A DNA stretch of 62,971 bases from an uncultured archaeon (GCA_964651915.1 CAZYZI010000001.1:1-62971), one strand, 5' to 3'; positions 51,917 through 61,058 are shown, numbered from the stretch's first letter. The notes: a model not told the origin generated them from the sequence alone. Made by a program: numbers and translations.

Positions 51917-54900
51917 CTATTCTTCTTCTCTGCGAAGAGAAGCGCCGATAGATGCTACTAAGGCTGCTACGGATAGACCGATGATTCCAACTGCGAAAGA
52001 TGGAGTAGATGACTTGTTCTTGACAACTGCAATAGTGCCTTCTGCGTCATTATCATCTTTTTGGTTTAGATATTCATCTTGTGTCTTAACTCCGGCCTTG
52101 ACATCCTGCTCTTCTGCATCTGGGTTGATCATTGCATACATGTTCACAGTTTCAAATTCTTGAACTGTTGAACCAGGGATGTATGCTTCGTCCCAAGTTG
52201 CTGTTGCATAATACCAAGTCTGGAAAATTCCATCATTTTCCATGACAGGCTTAGGTGCCATTAGTGGTACGGTTGTTGAAGCTACTCTATTCATACGTTG
52301 AATTCCGTCTGGAGTAGAGTATGCATCACCAGTAGAGTCCATGACGTAGAAAACAACTAACACATCAGATGCGTAGTTACCTTCATTCCATGCCTTAACT
52401 GTGATGTCCAAAGGTTCTCCTTCAATTACACCTGCGCGATCAAAGGTCATTTCTCCAAGCACGAATTGTGATGGTTTAATGAACAATGTTGCTGCAACTG
52501 GTTCTCTTAGAGAATCGTCACTTCCTGTATCGTATCCATTGATTACAACATCGAATTTTCGGTTACCTGCTGGTTCCCCTGCTTCTTGGTCATAATCTGG
52601 AGCTCCGAAGCGGACTGTGATTAATGCTTCATCATCTGGACTCATATCAAATTCATGGGTCCAAGTTCCGTCTTCATTCTGTGTTGTGGTAATATCTTCA
52701 AAAGTATTACCGTTCATCAAGACATTGATTGAAATATCAAAGGCTGCACCATCATAGGATTTACCCTGAGCTTCCAATTCTGGATTCATACGGAATGTGT
52801 TGTCCACTGTACCAATATTCTTAGCGAAGTAATCAATTTCGACTGCTAAACTTGGGAATATGTCATAGGTTAATTGGCCAACATCGTCCTTCGTTAAGAA
52901 GAAACCAGTGTCAAGAGTTCTAATTACTTGAACGCCACCAATGTCAGCAGTTCCTTCAACTCCTCTTGCACGGAAGACAAATGAGTAAGCATTGTCATCT
53001 GCAGGGTTGTAGCTTAGACTGCTGTAACCGAGTTTCTTTGAATCCAAAGACATGTAGTATGGATTCCAACCATCTGATTTTCCACTCAATGAGTTTCCAA
53101 CTTCTTCATGGTCTGAACCATCCATTATGCTGAATCCATTAGCATCCCATAGACCTATTGAATCTGCGTCATCTAATGAAGCTCCTTTCTTCTGAGCGTA
53201 TATGCTTATTCCGCTGTCTTCAGACATCTCGAAATTAGCCCAGAATACCAGATAAGATGTGGAAGACCAAACTTCAATGTAATTTGTTCTAACTTGCTCA
53301 TCTGCAGATTGTGAAGAGGTTACTGTAACTGAACCCTCCATCATTGGATGATACTTACAGTAATAATCGAACATACCAACTTCAGTGAAGGTCAATGACC
53401 AACTTTCACCTGGTGCAATATCGAAAGAATCGAATTGCGCATTCTTATCTGTTACTGTGTGAGTTATAGTATCTGAATTGGTCCATGTTACTGCAGTTCC
53501 AATCTGAACTTCCGGTGTAGCTGGACTAAAGCCAGTTGCTTGTCCTCCAATACTTACCGCTAATGTTTCAGTTGCAACACCAGTTCGATCCCAAGATACA
53601 CTCATAGCTCCATCGCCAACATCTGCTGGTTCATTATCGGTTGCTACCCAGTTCTCTCCACCAGTTAATACTGGAGATCCCATGTTTGCACTCTTACCGA
53701 CAATCAACATATGGCTTGCATCATTATTAGCTTTAAACAAATCAGCCAAGAGATTTCCATCAGAATCTGCCACCTTAACTCCTGCAGTGTAAAGACCAGC
53801 TGCACTCATTCCTGGGAAGTTGAAATCAATAGCTGCTGTTTCCTCACCTGCATGTGTAACAAGTGCATCATCGTAGTAAGCCATTGCTAAAGTTCCAAGA
53901 GATGTAGATGAAGACCACTTTTCGTTTCCACTCATATCATTCACGTATGCGTACGCGTAGGCTGAGTTAACTGGACCACTTGGTCCAAGGTCACCCATAC
54001 CTTGATTCTTGAATGAAGTAGACATAGTAAATCCTTCACCAACTTCTAAGGTGTATGGAGATGATTCAGAAGTCATAGCTAGGTCAAAACCAAGGCCGTA
54101 AACTCCTACATTGTCAATTTCCCACATTGAAATCCAATTAGGGAAACCTCCACCGAAACGGAATCTTATCTGAACTTGATCCATGCCTTCTCCGGTATAA
54201 GCATCTAATCTACATTGTGATTCTACCCAACCACCAGAGCCCATAACAAAGGCTTGTTCATTGTAGAACGGATGTCCGTAGTATGCATAATTGTAGATAC
54301 TACCTTTGTAGCCCTGACCTGATGTAACAGCTAATGAAGACCATGTTTCTCCTGCATCAGTACTGATTTCAACACGTCCACCTTCATAATAATAGCTATA
54401 AGATGCACTTTCAGATCCGTAGAAATCATATTTATGATCAAATACTAATTTAGCGGATGTAGATGTTGAAAGGTCGAATACTGGCGATACCAAACTAGAA
54501 TCGTCTCCATTGTAAGGTGTACCATATGCTCCTTCACCAGCCCACCATGTTGGTGAACTACTTGCTCCAGTAGTTGATGAAGGTAGCCATTGATAACCAT
54601 CCTTAGGACCTCCATCTACAGAAGAATGCCAACCACTATCATACCATCGGTCGTTGAATTCATCATTCTTCTTAGATAATGCAACCTCATCTGCAGTTGT
54701 AGAAACAACTGTAAACATAGTCTCTCTTGCTAGAGAAACGCTGTTATCTCCTGCAAACTCATCAATTCCAGAATCTGGAGTGGAACCAATCCACGTATCG
54801 AATACTACTTTGTAACTTCCCGGAACTTGGAAATGATAATCTACTCCAACAACCTTTGAAGAGCCACTTTCGAAAGCTCCACCAACGCCATCACCTGAGA

Positions 54901-57900
54901 TATCCCAAGATTCTTCGAAGACAACTGATTCCATTCCAGTTCCTGTAAAGGATAATGAATCAATATACCAGTGTTCTCCGTCACCAGGCCATTGATAGCT
55001 GTACATTCCTACAACAAATTTCAATCTGACATCTGTCATATCAACATAGGCAGCCATATCGAACTCAGATGAAATATATTCATCTGCATCATCACTTGCG
55101 CCACCTGGGCCTGGGCATGAACCACAGTGTACGAAACCAGCTTGACCATACAATGGATTTCCATATCCTGCATAGTTGTACATAGTTCCTGGATATCCTC
55201 CACTAGGTGCGATAGCTGTCCAAGTATCACCGCCATCGGTTGATATCTGAGCTTGACCACCATTATAGGATGTATATCCTGCATAGTAATCGAAGTTGTA
55301 TCTGTGTTTCATAGTCAACGTTAGATCACTAGATGCACCTGTGAAGTCGAGTGCTCCTGTTTGTACACTAGCACTACCTCCACCATAATACATCTGGAAT
55401 TCTCCGCCGTCAGGTCCCCAGGAATTAGTTTCATCTCCATCACCATCATCGGTTCTGAAAACGAATCCCGGATCTCCAGCATTGTAACCCCAGTAACTAC
55501 ATGTGCTGTAGGTTGTGTTACAATCATCACTGGATGACCAGCCTCCTACGTTTGCGGCTGCTTCATCTGCATAGCTTTCCAAATCATCAGAACTATCGTA
55601 TGTTTCCAACCCCATAGGTCCTAACTGCAACCTTACTTTTGCTGCACCTGCTGTTTGATCAACAATACCTGCGTTAATTATTGTAGCTTCTACAGGAACT
55701 GTAGCATCTATTCCTAATGGATCAGGCAATTCGAAGCCTGTCAAACCTACATTATTATTGTAGACTAGTCCAGTAACTGCGATATCATCGAAACGGAAGA
55801 AAGATTCGAAGTAGGTTGGACCTGTTGATAATGTAGACCAACCAGTTACAACTCTAATTCTAACGTCACTGTTACCACAATATTCTGTCAAATCAAATGT
55901 AGCTTTTACCCATCCCTGTGGATCAGGAGCATAAGTAAATCCAGTTGACGAACCGTAGTATGCATATCCTTTGAGACCACGTAGTGGGTTAGCATAGTAT
56001 GCATAGTTGTAAATCGTCCAATACCTCAGTTCATCATTTGCATTAGGTTCTAACATATTCCATGTTTCACCGCCATCAGGTGATACTTGTACTTGATATC
56101 CGTCATACGTGTAATACGCATAATAAGATATGAACATTTGCATTTCAGCTTCAACTGGCAAAGTCAAATCTAATGGTCCAGTTGATACATAATTATCTGC
56201 TGGAAGCGTGGATGATCTTCTAAAATCACTGTCCATAGAGTATGAACCGGCATTAGAGTCACGACTGCGGACATCCCAAGTATCTCCTGAGCCGTATCTT
56301 ACTTTGCCTGTTTCCCAACCGTCTGCATTACCGTCTTCAAAGTCATCTGCAAAAATTACGTACTTGACCTCTCTGAATTGAACATCGCGGTTGTTGCTCA
56401 TATCCTGATCGCCACCATTATCAGCAACATTAATCAGGATAGCTAATTCGCTACCTACTTTCAAACCTTCTGCTGCTGGATTAAACTTGTTAGTTTGGAA
56501 GAAATCAACGGTTGCTGTTTCCTTAAATCCTAGACTAGCTATGGTCTGAGTTTCGTCTGCAAATGTTTCATCTGCTTCCTTTACTGTAACTACTACATCA
56601 TCTAACCTAAAGTAAGAATCATAGTAGTATGTATTATCATACTGATTGAAACCTACAACCCAGCGGAATTTTATATCTGAATTACCTGTAAAGGAATCCA
56701 AATTTAGTTTCATTTCTTTCCATGGTGCTGTATGTGTATTATAGGTATATGCGTCATTTGTATTATAATACGTCCAAGTGTCTATTGATGTTGATACTGG
56801 ATTTGAATATGTATTGAAAGTAGTTCCATAATATTTACCCATCGTAAAATGATCTCCATCTATATAATTCCAAGTGCTTCCGCCATCAATGGATGATTCC
56901 ATGTACGCACCTTCATATCTGTAATACATCTGATATGAAATTTTGAAAGACATTGTCATTCCAATTGCATCAGAAGCATCATATGACGGTGTTTCCAAGG
57001 CTGATAAACTAGCTGGGTTTGGTCCAAGTGTTCTTGTTGGAGAGCCACTGTAGGTTCCTGATGCACTCTTTTCATGCACCCAAATTTTATCATCCCAGTT
57101 ATAGAAACTGTAGTAATAATATGCATAATTACTTGCGACATAAATATCTCCATCACTAGTTACCGCAACTGCACCTTTGTAACCGTTAGCTCCAGAGTAA
57201 GAACTCCAAAGTGTACTTGTCGTTAAGGTATCGCCAGTTGTAGTTTTCTTCATACCACCATAGTATGATGAATAGTAATATCCTGTATTATACACAAATC
57301 CATCTTGAACATCCAAGTGAGAATGATATCTGCCATAAGTGTACTTTTGAGTATAGGACGATGCCGAATAGTCGCCATCATCATCTCTTTCATATTGTCT
57401 TATACGCCCATAATAATCACGGTATGCTAAGTACAAATCACCTGTGGCTTCATCAACATCGATATCTTGCGTGTAATAGTACGAGGGTACTCCACTTGCA
57501 TAAGAAAAGCTACCTGCTGCACCCATATCATCTGTGTCGATAATTATTACTTTACGATAAGAAGAACTAGACATTGTTTGAAGAACAAATAATTGCCCTC
57601 CGTATTCTGTTAATGCAGTTCCATATCTTGCGCTAGCTGTATTACAACTTGGAGTTGCTGTAGTATCTGATTTTAACCACTTACAAACTTTTGTCAAATA
57701 ACTGTATGTACCTGATGTTCTAGCCAAAGTGTAATAGTAATCATCATCCTCTGTAACATCAATTACATCATTAAGATAAGTGTAACTTGTTGCTATGATT
57801 GTAGTTACTTGATCGGTGCTAGGATTTAACGAAATAACATTATCTGCACCTTTATTTGCAATTAAGATATTTGTTCCATCGTAATGCATCTTGTGGTTAT

Positions 57901-59056
57901 CATTGAACATACCACCCAGTGTTGTTGATTTACGACCTGAAGACCAAGAACCATCATCCGTGCCTTCATCTCCATAATTGTGATTTCCTTTACCATCATT
58001 CAAAGAATTAGTCCAACTAGCCACTCCTTGAATTGCTGTTTCTGTAAATCCACCATCATCATCATCGAAATCATATGTACTTTTACTTTCTTTAATTGAG
58101 AAAATTTTTGCATTTACATCAATGGTTTCTTCTGGTACTGGAGTACAAGATCCTGCTGTATCACAGTTTACACCATAATTGCCAACATTTGCTGAAATGA
58201 AATTATCATCTGCCAAAGACATAGGGTCTGGCACAATTGTTGATTTTAATCTTAGATCATTTCTTGCAGGAGGTGGTGGTGAGAATACAACTGAAGTTTC
58301 ATCAGCTATTGCTGCTGGTGATCTTCTGTATACATACTCAAGACCCTGTGGGTAATCCTGAATACCTGATGTTAATTGTTCATTATCACTAGAATATCCG
58401 CCCTGTGCGTCTTCCCAATTGATTGTAATTTGATTGGATCCTTCATGTAGAATAATTTGCCAAGTCAAAGCATTAGCTGCAGCTGCGCCAGGACATTGGT
58501 AAACTGAAGGATACCATGCTCCCTGATCTTCATACTGAACTACTAATTTTCTGTTTGGGGCGTCTCCAAGAGTTGCATAGTAAACACCTGCATCGGCATT
58601 ACTTGCTCTACAGAAACCACCATCAAACCATCCGCCCATGATTGCTTTGCCTAATCCGGCATAAGGCATACGGTATGAGGTCCAATAGTTAGAATAACCT
58701 GCTGAACCTAAATTGATGTATCCATTATCTCCACCGTTACCCCACGTAGTATATTCCTTTTCGTAGAATTCGAATGTGAAACCAATATCGGTTGCTGATT
58801 GTCCGCCATCTGTGCTACTCGAAATTAAAAGAGTTGCATCAGTATGACCTACCAATTCAATCCATTCGTCGGCAAAGACAGGCCCATCTGATTCGGCACT
58901 ATCCTTGTATGTGTAACCAAAAGAATCACTTCCGGTTCTTGCCGATGCCTCTGGAGCGAACAGCACTAACGTGCTTGCTACCATAGACACGACGACTACA
59001 ATCGCCATAAGCTTTGCAGCCCAATTTTTCTTGCTTACATTATGAGTTTTTTGCAT
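51917..59056 (-). CDS. Giant (2379 aa) surface protein: Tyr-rich propeller-like region, four Asp-box beta-sandwich modules, embedded cupredoxin domain, Ig-like repeats, PGF-CTERM-like anchor
   Basis: Signal peptide. Asp-box modules contain SIDGGSTW, SPDGGETW, STDGGDTW and STDAGETW, each followed by [RK]-x-[RK]-[FVW]-x-x-G and [WF]-x-[IL]-D(D/S/N). Type-1 copper motif YYCKYHPMMEG. Tail SSTPSFAVGIIGLSVAALVASIGASLRREEE. Confidence 0.9.
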   Translation of the reverse strand: MQKTHNVSKKNWAAKLMAIVVVVSMVASTLVLFAPEASARTGSDSFGYTYKDSAESDGPVFADEWIELVGHTDATLLISSSTDGGQSATDIGFTFEFYEKEYTTWGNGGDNGYINLGSAGYSNYWTSYRMPYAGLGKAIMGGWFDGGFCRASNADAGVYYATLGDAPNRKLVVQYEDQGAWYPSVYQCPGAAAANALTWQIILHEGSNQITINWEDAQGGYSSDNEQLTSGIQDYPQGLEYVYRRSPAAIADETSVVFSPPPPARNDLRLKSTIVPDPMSLADDNFISANVGNYGVNCDTAGSCTPVPEETIDVNAKIFSIKESKSTYDFDDDDGGFTETAIQGVASWTNSLNDGKGNHNYGDEGTDDGSWSSGRKSTTLGGMFNDNHKMHYDGTNILIANKGADNVISLNPSTDQVTTIIATSYTYLNDVIDVTEDDDYYYTLARTSGTYSYLTKVCKWLKSDTTATPSCNTASARYGTALTEYGGQLFVLQTMSSSSYRKVIIIDTDDMGAAGSFSYASGVPSYYYTQDIDVDEATGDLYLAYRDYYGRIRQYERDDDGDYSASSYTQKYTYGRYHSHLDVQDGFVYNTGYYYSSYYGGMKKTTTGDTLTTSTLWSSYSGANGYKGAVAVTSDGDIYVASNYAYYYYSFYNWDDKIWVHEKSASGTYSGSPTRTLGPNPASLSALETPSYDASDAIGMTMSFKISYQMYYRYEGAYMESSIDGGSTWNYIDGDHFTMGKYYGTTFNTYSNPVSTSIDTWTYYNTNDAYTYNTHTAPWKEMKLNLDSFTGNSDIKFRWVVGFNQYDNTYYYDSYFRLDDVVVTVKEADETFADETQTIASLGFKETATVDFFQTNKFNPAAEGLKVGSELAILINVADNGGDQDMSNNRDVQFREVKYVIFADDFEDGNADGWETGKVRYGSGDTWDVRSRDSNAGSYSMDSDFRRSSTLPADNYVSTGPLDLTLPVEAEMQMFISYYAYYTYDGYQVQVSPDGGETWNMLEPNANDELRYWTIYNYAYYANPLRGLKGYAYYGSSTGFTYAPDPQGWVKATFDLTEYCGNSDVRIRVVTGWSTLSTGPTYFESFFRFDDIAVTGLVYNNNVGLTGFELPDPLGIDATVPVEATIINAGIVDQTAGAAKVRLQLGPMGLETYDSSDDLESYADEAAANVGGWSSSDDCNTTYSTCSYWGYNAGDPGFVFRTDDGDGDETNSWGPDGGEFQMYYGGGSASVQTGALDFTGASSDLTLTMKHRYNFDYYAGYTSYNGGQAQISTDGGDTWTAIAPSGGYPGTMYNYAGYGNPLYGQAGFVHCGSCPGPGGASDDADEYISSEFDMAAYVDMTDVRLKFVVGMYSYQWPGDGEHWYIDSLSFTGTGMESVVFEESWDISGDGVGGAFESGSSKVVGVDYHFQVPGSYKVVFDTWIGSTPDSGIDEFAGDNSVSLARETMFTVVSTTADEVALSKKNDEFNDRWYDSGWHSSVDGGPKDGYQWLPSSTTGASSSPTWWAGEGAYGTPYNGDDSSLVSPVFDLSTSTSAKLVFDHKYDFYGSESASYSYYYEGGRVEISTDAGETWSSLAVTSGQGYKGSIYNYAYYGHPFYNEQAFVMGSGGWVESQCRLDAYTGEGMDQVQIRFRFGGGFPNWISMWEIDNVGVYGLGFDLAMTSESSPYTLEVGEGFTMSTSFKNQGMGDLGPSGPVNSAYAYAYVNDMSGNEKWSSSTSLGTLAMAYYDDALVTHAGEETAAIDFNFPGMSAAGLYTAGVKVADSDGNLLADLFKANNDASHMLIVGKSANMGSPVLTGGENWVATDNEPADVGDGAMSVSWDRTGVATETLAVSIGGQATGFSPATPEVQIGTAVTWTNSDTITHTVTDKNAQFDSFDIAPGESWSLTFTEVGMFDYYCKYHPMMEGSVTVTSSQSADEQVRTNYIEVWSSTSYLVFWANFEMSEDSGISIYAQKKGASLDDADSIGLWDANGFSIMDGSDHEEVGNSLSGKSDGWNPYYMSLDSKKLGYSSLSYNPADDNAYSFVFRARGVEGTADIGGVQVIRTLDTGFFLTKDDVGQLTYDIFPSLAVEIDYFAKNIGTVDNTFRMNPELEAQGKSYDGAAFDISINVLMNGNTFEDITTTQNEDGTWTHEFDMSPDDEALITVRFGAPDYDQEAGEPAGNRKFDVVINGYDTGSDDSLREPVAATLFIKPSQFVLGEMTFDRAGVIEGEPLDITVKAWNEGNYASDVLVVFYVMDSTGDAYSTPDGIQRMNRVASTTVPLMAPKPVMENDGIFQTWYYATATWDEAYIPGSTVQEFETVNMYAMINPDAEEQDVKAGVKTQDEYLNQKDDNDAEGTIAVVKNKSSTPSFAVGIIGLSVAALVASIGASLRREEE
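53321..53566 (-). other. Cupredoxin (amicyanin/pseudoazurin-like type-1 copper) domain embedded in the 2379-aa protein
   Basis: PEVQIGTAVTWTNSDTITHTV ... GMFDYYCKYHPMMEGSVTV. The ligand pattern is His ... Cys-x2-His-x2-Met in an ~80-aa beta-sandwich-sized segment. Confidence 0.75.
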
Positions 59057-59196
59057 ATGTACACACCTTGGTTGAGTCCTTGTATCAATGAGACGGTGCC
59101 CATTGAAGGGTACCTACCATGACGCCATTCTAATATAAAGGTTGGCGTTTGGTTTTAGATGAAACTTCTTTTAAGGCCGAATTTTAGGAGTCGTTA

Positions 59197-59736
59197 ATGA
59201 ACATTGGCCTCTTAGCTCTCCAAGGTGCAGTATCTGAACATAAAATAAGTATGCGTAAGTTAGGAATAAATGTAATCGAAGTTAAAGAACCTAAAAGCTT
59301 GAAAGGATTAAATGCATTAATAATGCCTGGAGGAGAATCAACTACTTTAAGAAAATTACTAAAAAATTCAGGAATATGGGATTTTGTTAAAGATCATGAA
59401 CTGCCTATAATGGGGACGTGCGCGGGAGCAATACTATTGGGAAAGTGTGAAAATGAAACATTTGGTAAAATGGATATTGAAATCAATCGTAATTATTATG
59501 GGAGACAAAAGGATTCTTTTGAAAGAAAGATTAGTCTAAAAAATGGAAATTATTTCGATGGAATTTTCATAAGAGCTCCAGCAATTACTTCTATTGGAAC
59601 TGGAATTACGCCTATTGCATGGGATGGGGACAATATCGTTGGATGTACAGATGGGAAAAATATGGCCCTGACTTTTCATCCTGAACTAACAAATGACGTA
59701 AGATTTCATAAAATTTGGGTTGAGGGTTTAAAATGA
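59197..59736 (+). CDS. pdxT: Pyridoxal 5'-phosphate synthase glutaminase subunit PdxT
   Basis: IGLLALQGAVSEH, MPGGESTT, GTCAG and FHPELT motifs. Confidence 0.9.
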   Translation: MNIGLLALQGAVSEHKISMRKLGINVIEVKEPKSLKGLNALIMPGGESTTLRKLLKNSGIWDFVKDHELPIMGTCAGAILLGKCENETFGKMDIEINRNYYGRQKDSFERKISLKNGNYFDGIFIRAPAITSIGTGITPIAWDGDNIVGCTDGKNMALTFHPELTNDVRFHKIWVEGLK

Positions 59737-60074
59737 AAGATCCAAAAGGAAGAAAAACTATTGGTTTTGAAAAACATATATTTGTTTGTGAAAATACAAG
59801 AATTAATCACCCAAGAGGATGCTGCAAAGATAAAGGTAGTACAGAAATGCGGTTAATGTTTAAGAATGAAATTGAAAGACAAAAATTGAAGGGTAAAGTA
59901 CGTGCAAATAGTGCAGGATGCCTTGATTTTTGTGAACAAGGACCTACTATAGTTGTATATCCTGAAGGTACATGGTATAGAATTGAAAATCCTGAAAAAG
60001 ATATTAAAGATATTGTTAAATTACATTGTAAAGAAAATAAAATAGTTGAAAGATGTAAAATTCAACTTGAATAA
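59733..60074 (+). CDS. Thioredoxin-like [2Fe-2S] ferredoxin
   Basis: HIFVCEN ... GCC ... GCLDFCEQGPTIVVYPEGTWY. This is the four-Cys pattern of the (2Fe-2S) ferredoxin family related to Aquifex Fd4. ATGA overlap with pdxT. Confidence 0.75.
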   Translation: MKDPKGRKTIGFEKHIFVCENTRINHPRGCCKDKGSTEMRLMFKNEIERQKLKGKVRANSAGCLDFCEQGPTIVVYPEGTWYRIENPEKDIKDIVKLHCKENKIVERCKIQLE

Positions 60075-60075
60075 A

Positions 60076-60162
60076 TGGTGCGGGGGGAGGGATTCGAACC
60101 CACGTACCACTAAGGATCGGATTTTGAGTCCGACGCAATTGGCCAGACTATGCGACCCCCGC
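60076..60162 (-). tRNA. tRNA-Leu (anticodon CAA), CCA encoded
   Basis: Reverse complement reads GCGGGGG-UC-GCAUAGUCUGGCCAAUUGCG-UCGGA-CUCAAAA-UCCGA-long variable arm-GUGGGUUCGAAUCCCUC-CCCCCGC-A-CCA. Acceptor stem is 7 bp, the anticodon loop has CAA, and the long variable arm fits a class II tRNA. There is one U-U mismatch in the T stem. Confidence 0.85.
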
Positions 60163-60196
60163 ACTTTATTTCCACTAACGTAGCGCTATTTTAGGA

Positions 60197-61057
60197 TTAT
60201 TTGAAACGTTCTTGTGATTGCCAAATGGCTCCTATCAAATGACGGATAATTCTAGCCGCAAGTGCGGATGTATTGCCATTATCATATGGTGGGCAAACTT
60301 CAACACAATCAAAACCAACTATTCTGTCAGAGAAAAAATTAATAGTTTGTAAAACCTCGTAAGGAGTCATACCAAATGGTTCTGGCGTTCCAACTCCTGG
60401 TGCAAATGCAGGATCTATAGCATCCATATCTAAGCTCAGGTAAACTGGACCATCCATTTCATCAATTATATCAACTAAATATTCTCTTAATTCAGTCCAT
60501 CCTGATTCTATAAACTTTAATCCTATAGTTCGAGCCTCAGATATCTCTGATTGGGAAACTGAACGAATGCCTACTGATCTTACTTTATCTAAACCAACAA
60601 TCTCAGTAAGGCGGCGTGTAACTGTTGCATGTGAATTTGCGTTACCTTCGTATTCTGGTCTGAAATCTAAATGTGCATCCAATATTACAACTCCTAAATT
60701 TGGATATTTAGATTGAACTGCACGTACTGCTGCAGGCGTCATTGAATGTTCCCCACCAATCCCAATTGGGAATTTGTTTGAATTTACAATTTTAGAAACT
60801 AATTCTTCTAATTCAGATTCATTTTTATCTTGATTATCTGTAATTTCTAAATTTCCCCAATCATTAGCTGAAACATCACACAAATCAATACCCAATTCCA
60901 TCAAATATGTTTCAAAATTATAGCTATGTTTGCGTATTTCGTCAGGAGCTTCTGAAGTTCCCTTTCTGAAACAAGCTGTCCCATCAAATGGATAACCATA
61001 GAATACAAACTTAGCATCATTAAAAGATGCTTCTGCGTCTGCAAAGAATTCTGTCAC
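60197..61057 (-). CDS. speB: Agmatinase (arginase/ureohydrolase family)
   Basis: GGEHSMT, ILDAHLDFR and SLDMDAIDPAFAPGVGTPEPFG Mn-binding motifs. Confidence 0.88.
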   Translation of the reverse strand: MTEFFADAEASFNDAKFVFYGYPFDGTACFRKGTSEAPDEIRKHSYNFETYLMELGIDLCDVSANDWGNLEITDNQDKNESELEELVSKIVNSNKFPIGIGGEHSMTPAAVRAVQSKYPNLGVVILDAHLDFRPEYEGNANSHATVTRRLTEIVGLDKVRSVGIRSVSQSEISEARTIGLKFIESGWTELREYLVDIIDEMDGPVYLSLDMDAIDPAFAPGVGTPEPFGMTPYEVLQTINFFSDRIVGFDCVEVCPPYDNGNTSALAARIIRHLIGAIWQSQERFK

Positions 61058-61058
61058 G

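Noticed and set aside
51903-52163. 86-aa plus-strand ORF at the 3' end of the 2379-aa gene, and similar ORFs at 52401..52595, 54727..54948, 55036..55530, 56956..57543 and 58792..58986.
   Set aside because: These are shadow or out-of-frame ORFs within the giant gene. None has a start context or motif support.
6828-59056. The extreme acidity of the secreted proteins as evidence for a salt-in halophile.
   Set aside because: The cytoplasmic housekeeping proteins in the same window (PurL, TBP, ThyA, MutL) are not comparably acidic. The bias is confined to exported proteins, consistent with Ca2+/Mg2+-binding surface proteins of a marine organism rather than a haloarchaeal proteome.
60076-60162. 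tRNA-Leu as the attachment site of an integrated element. Note that the giant gene and atypical pdxT unit lie next to it.
   Set aside because: There is no integrase, no direct repeat of the tRNA 3' half, and no phage or plasmid genes on either side. The flanking genes are housekeeping.
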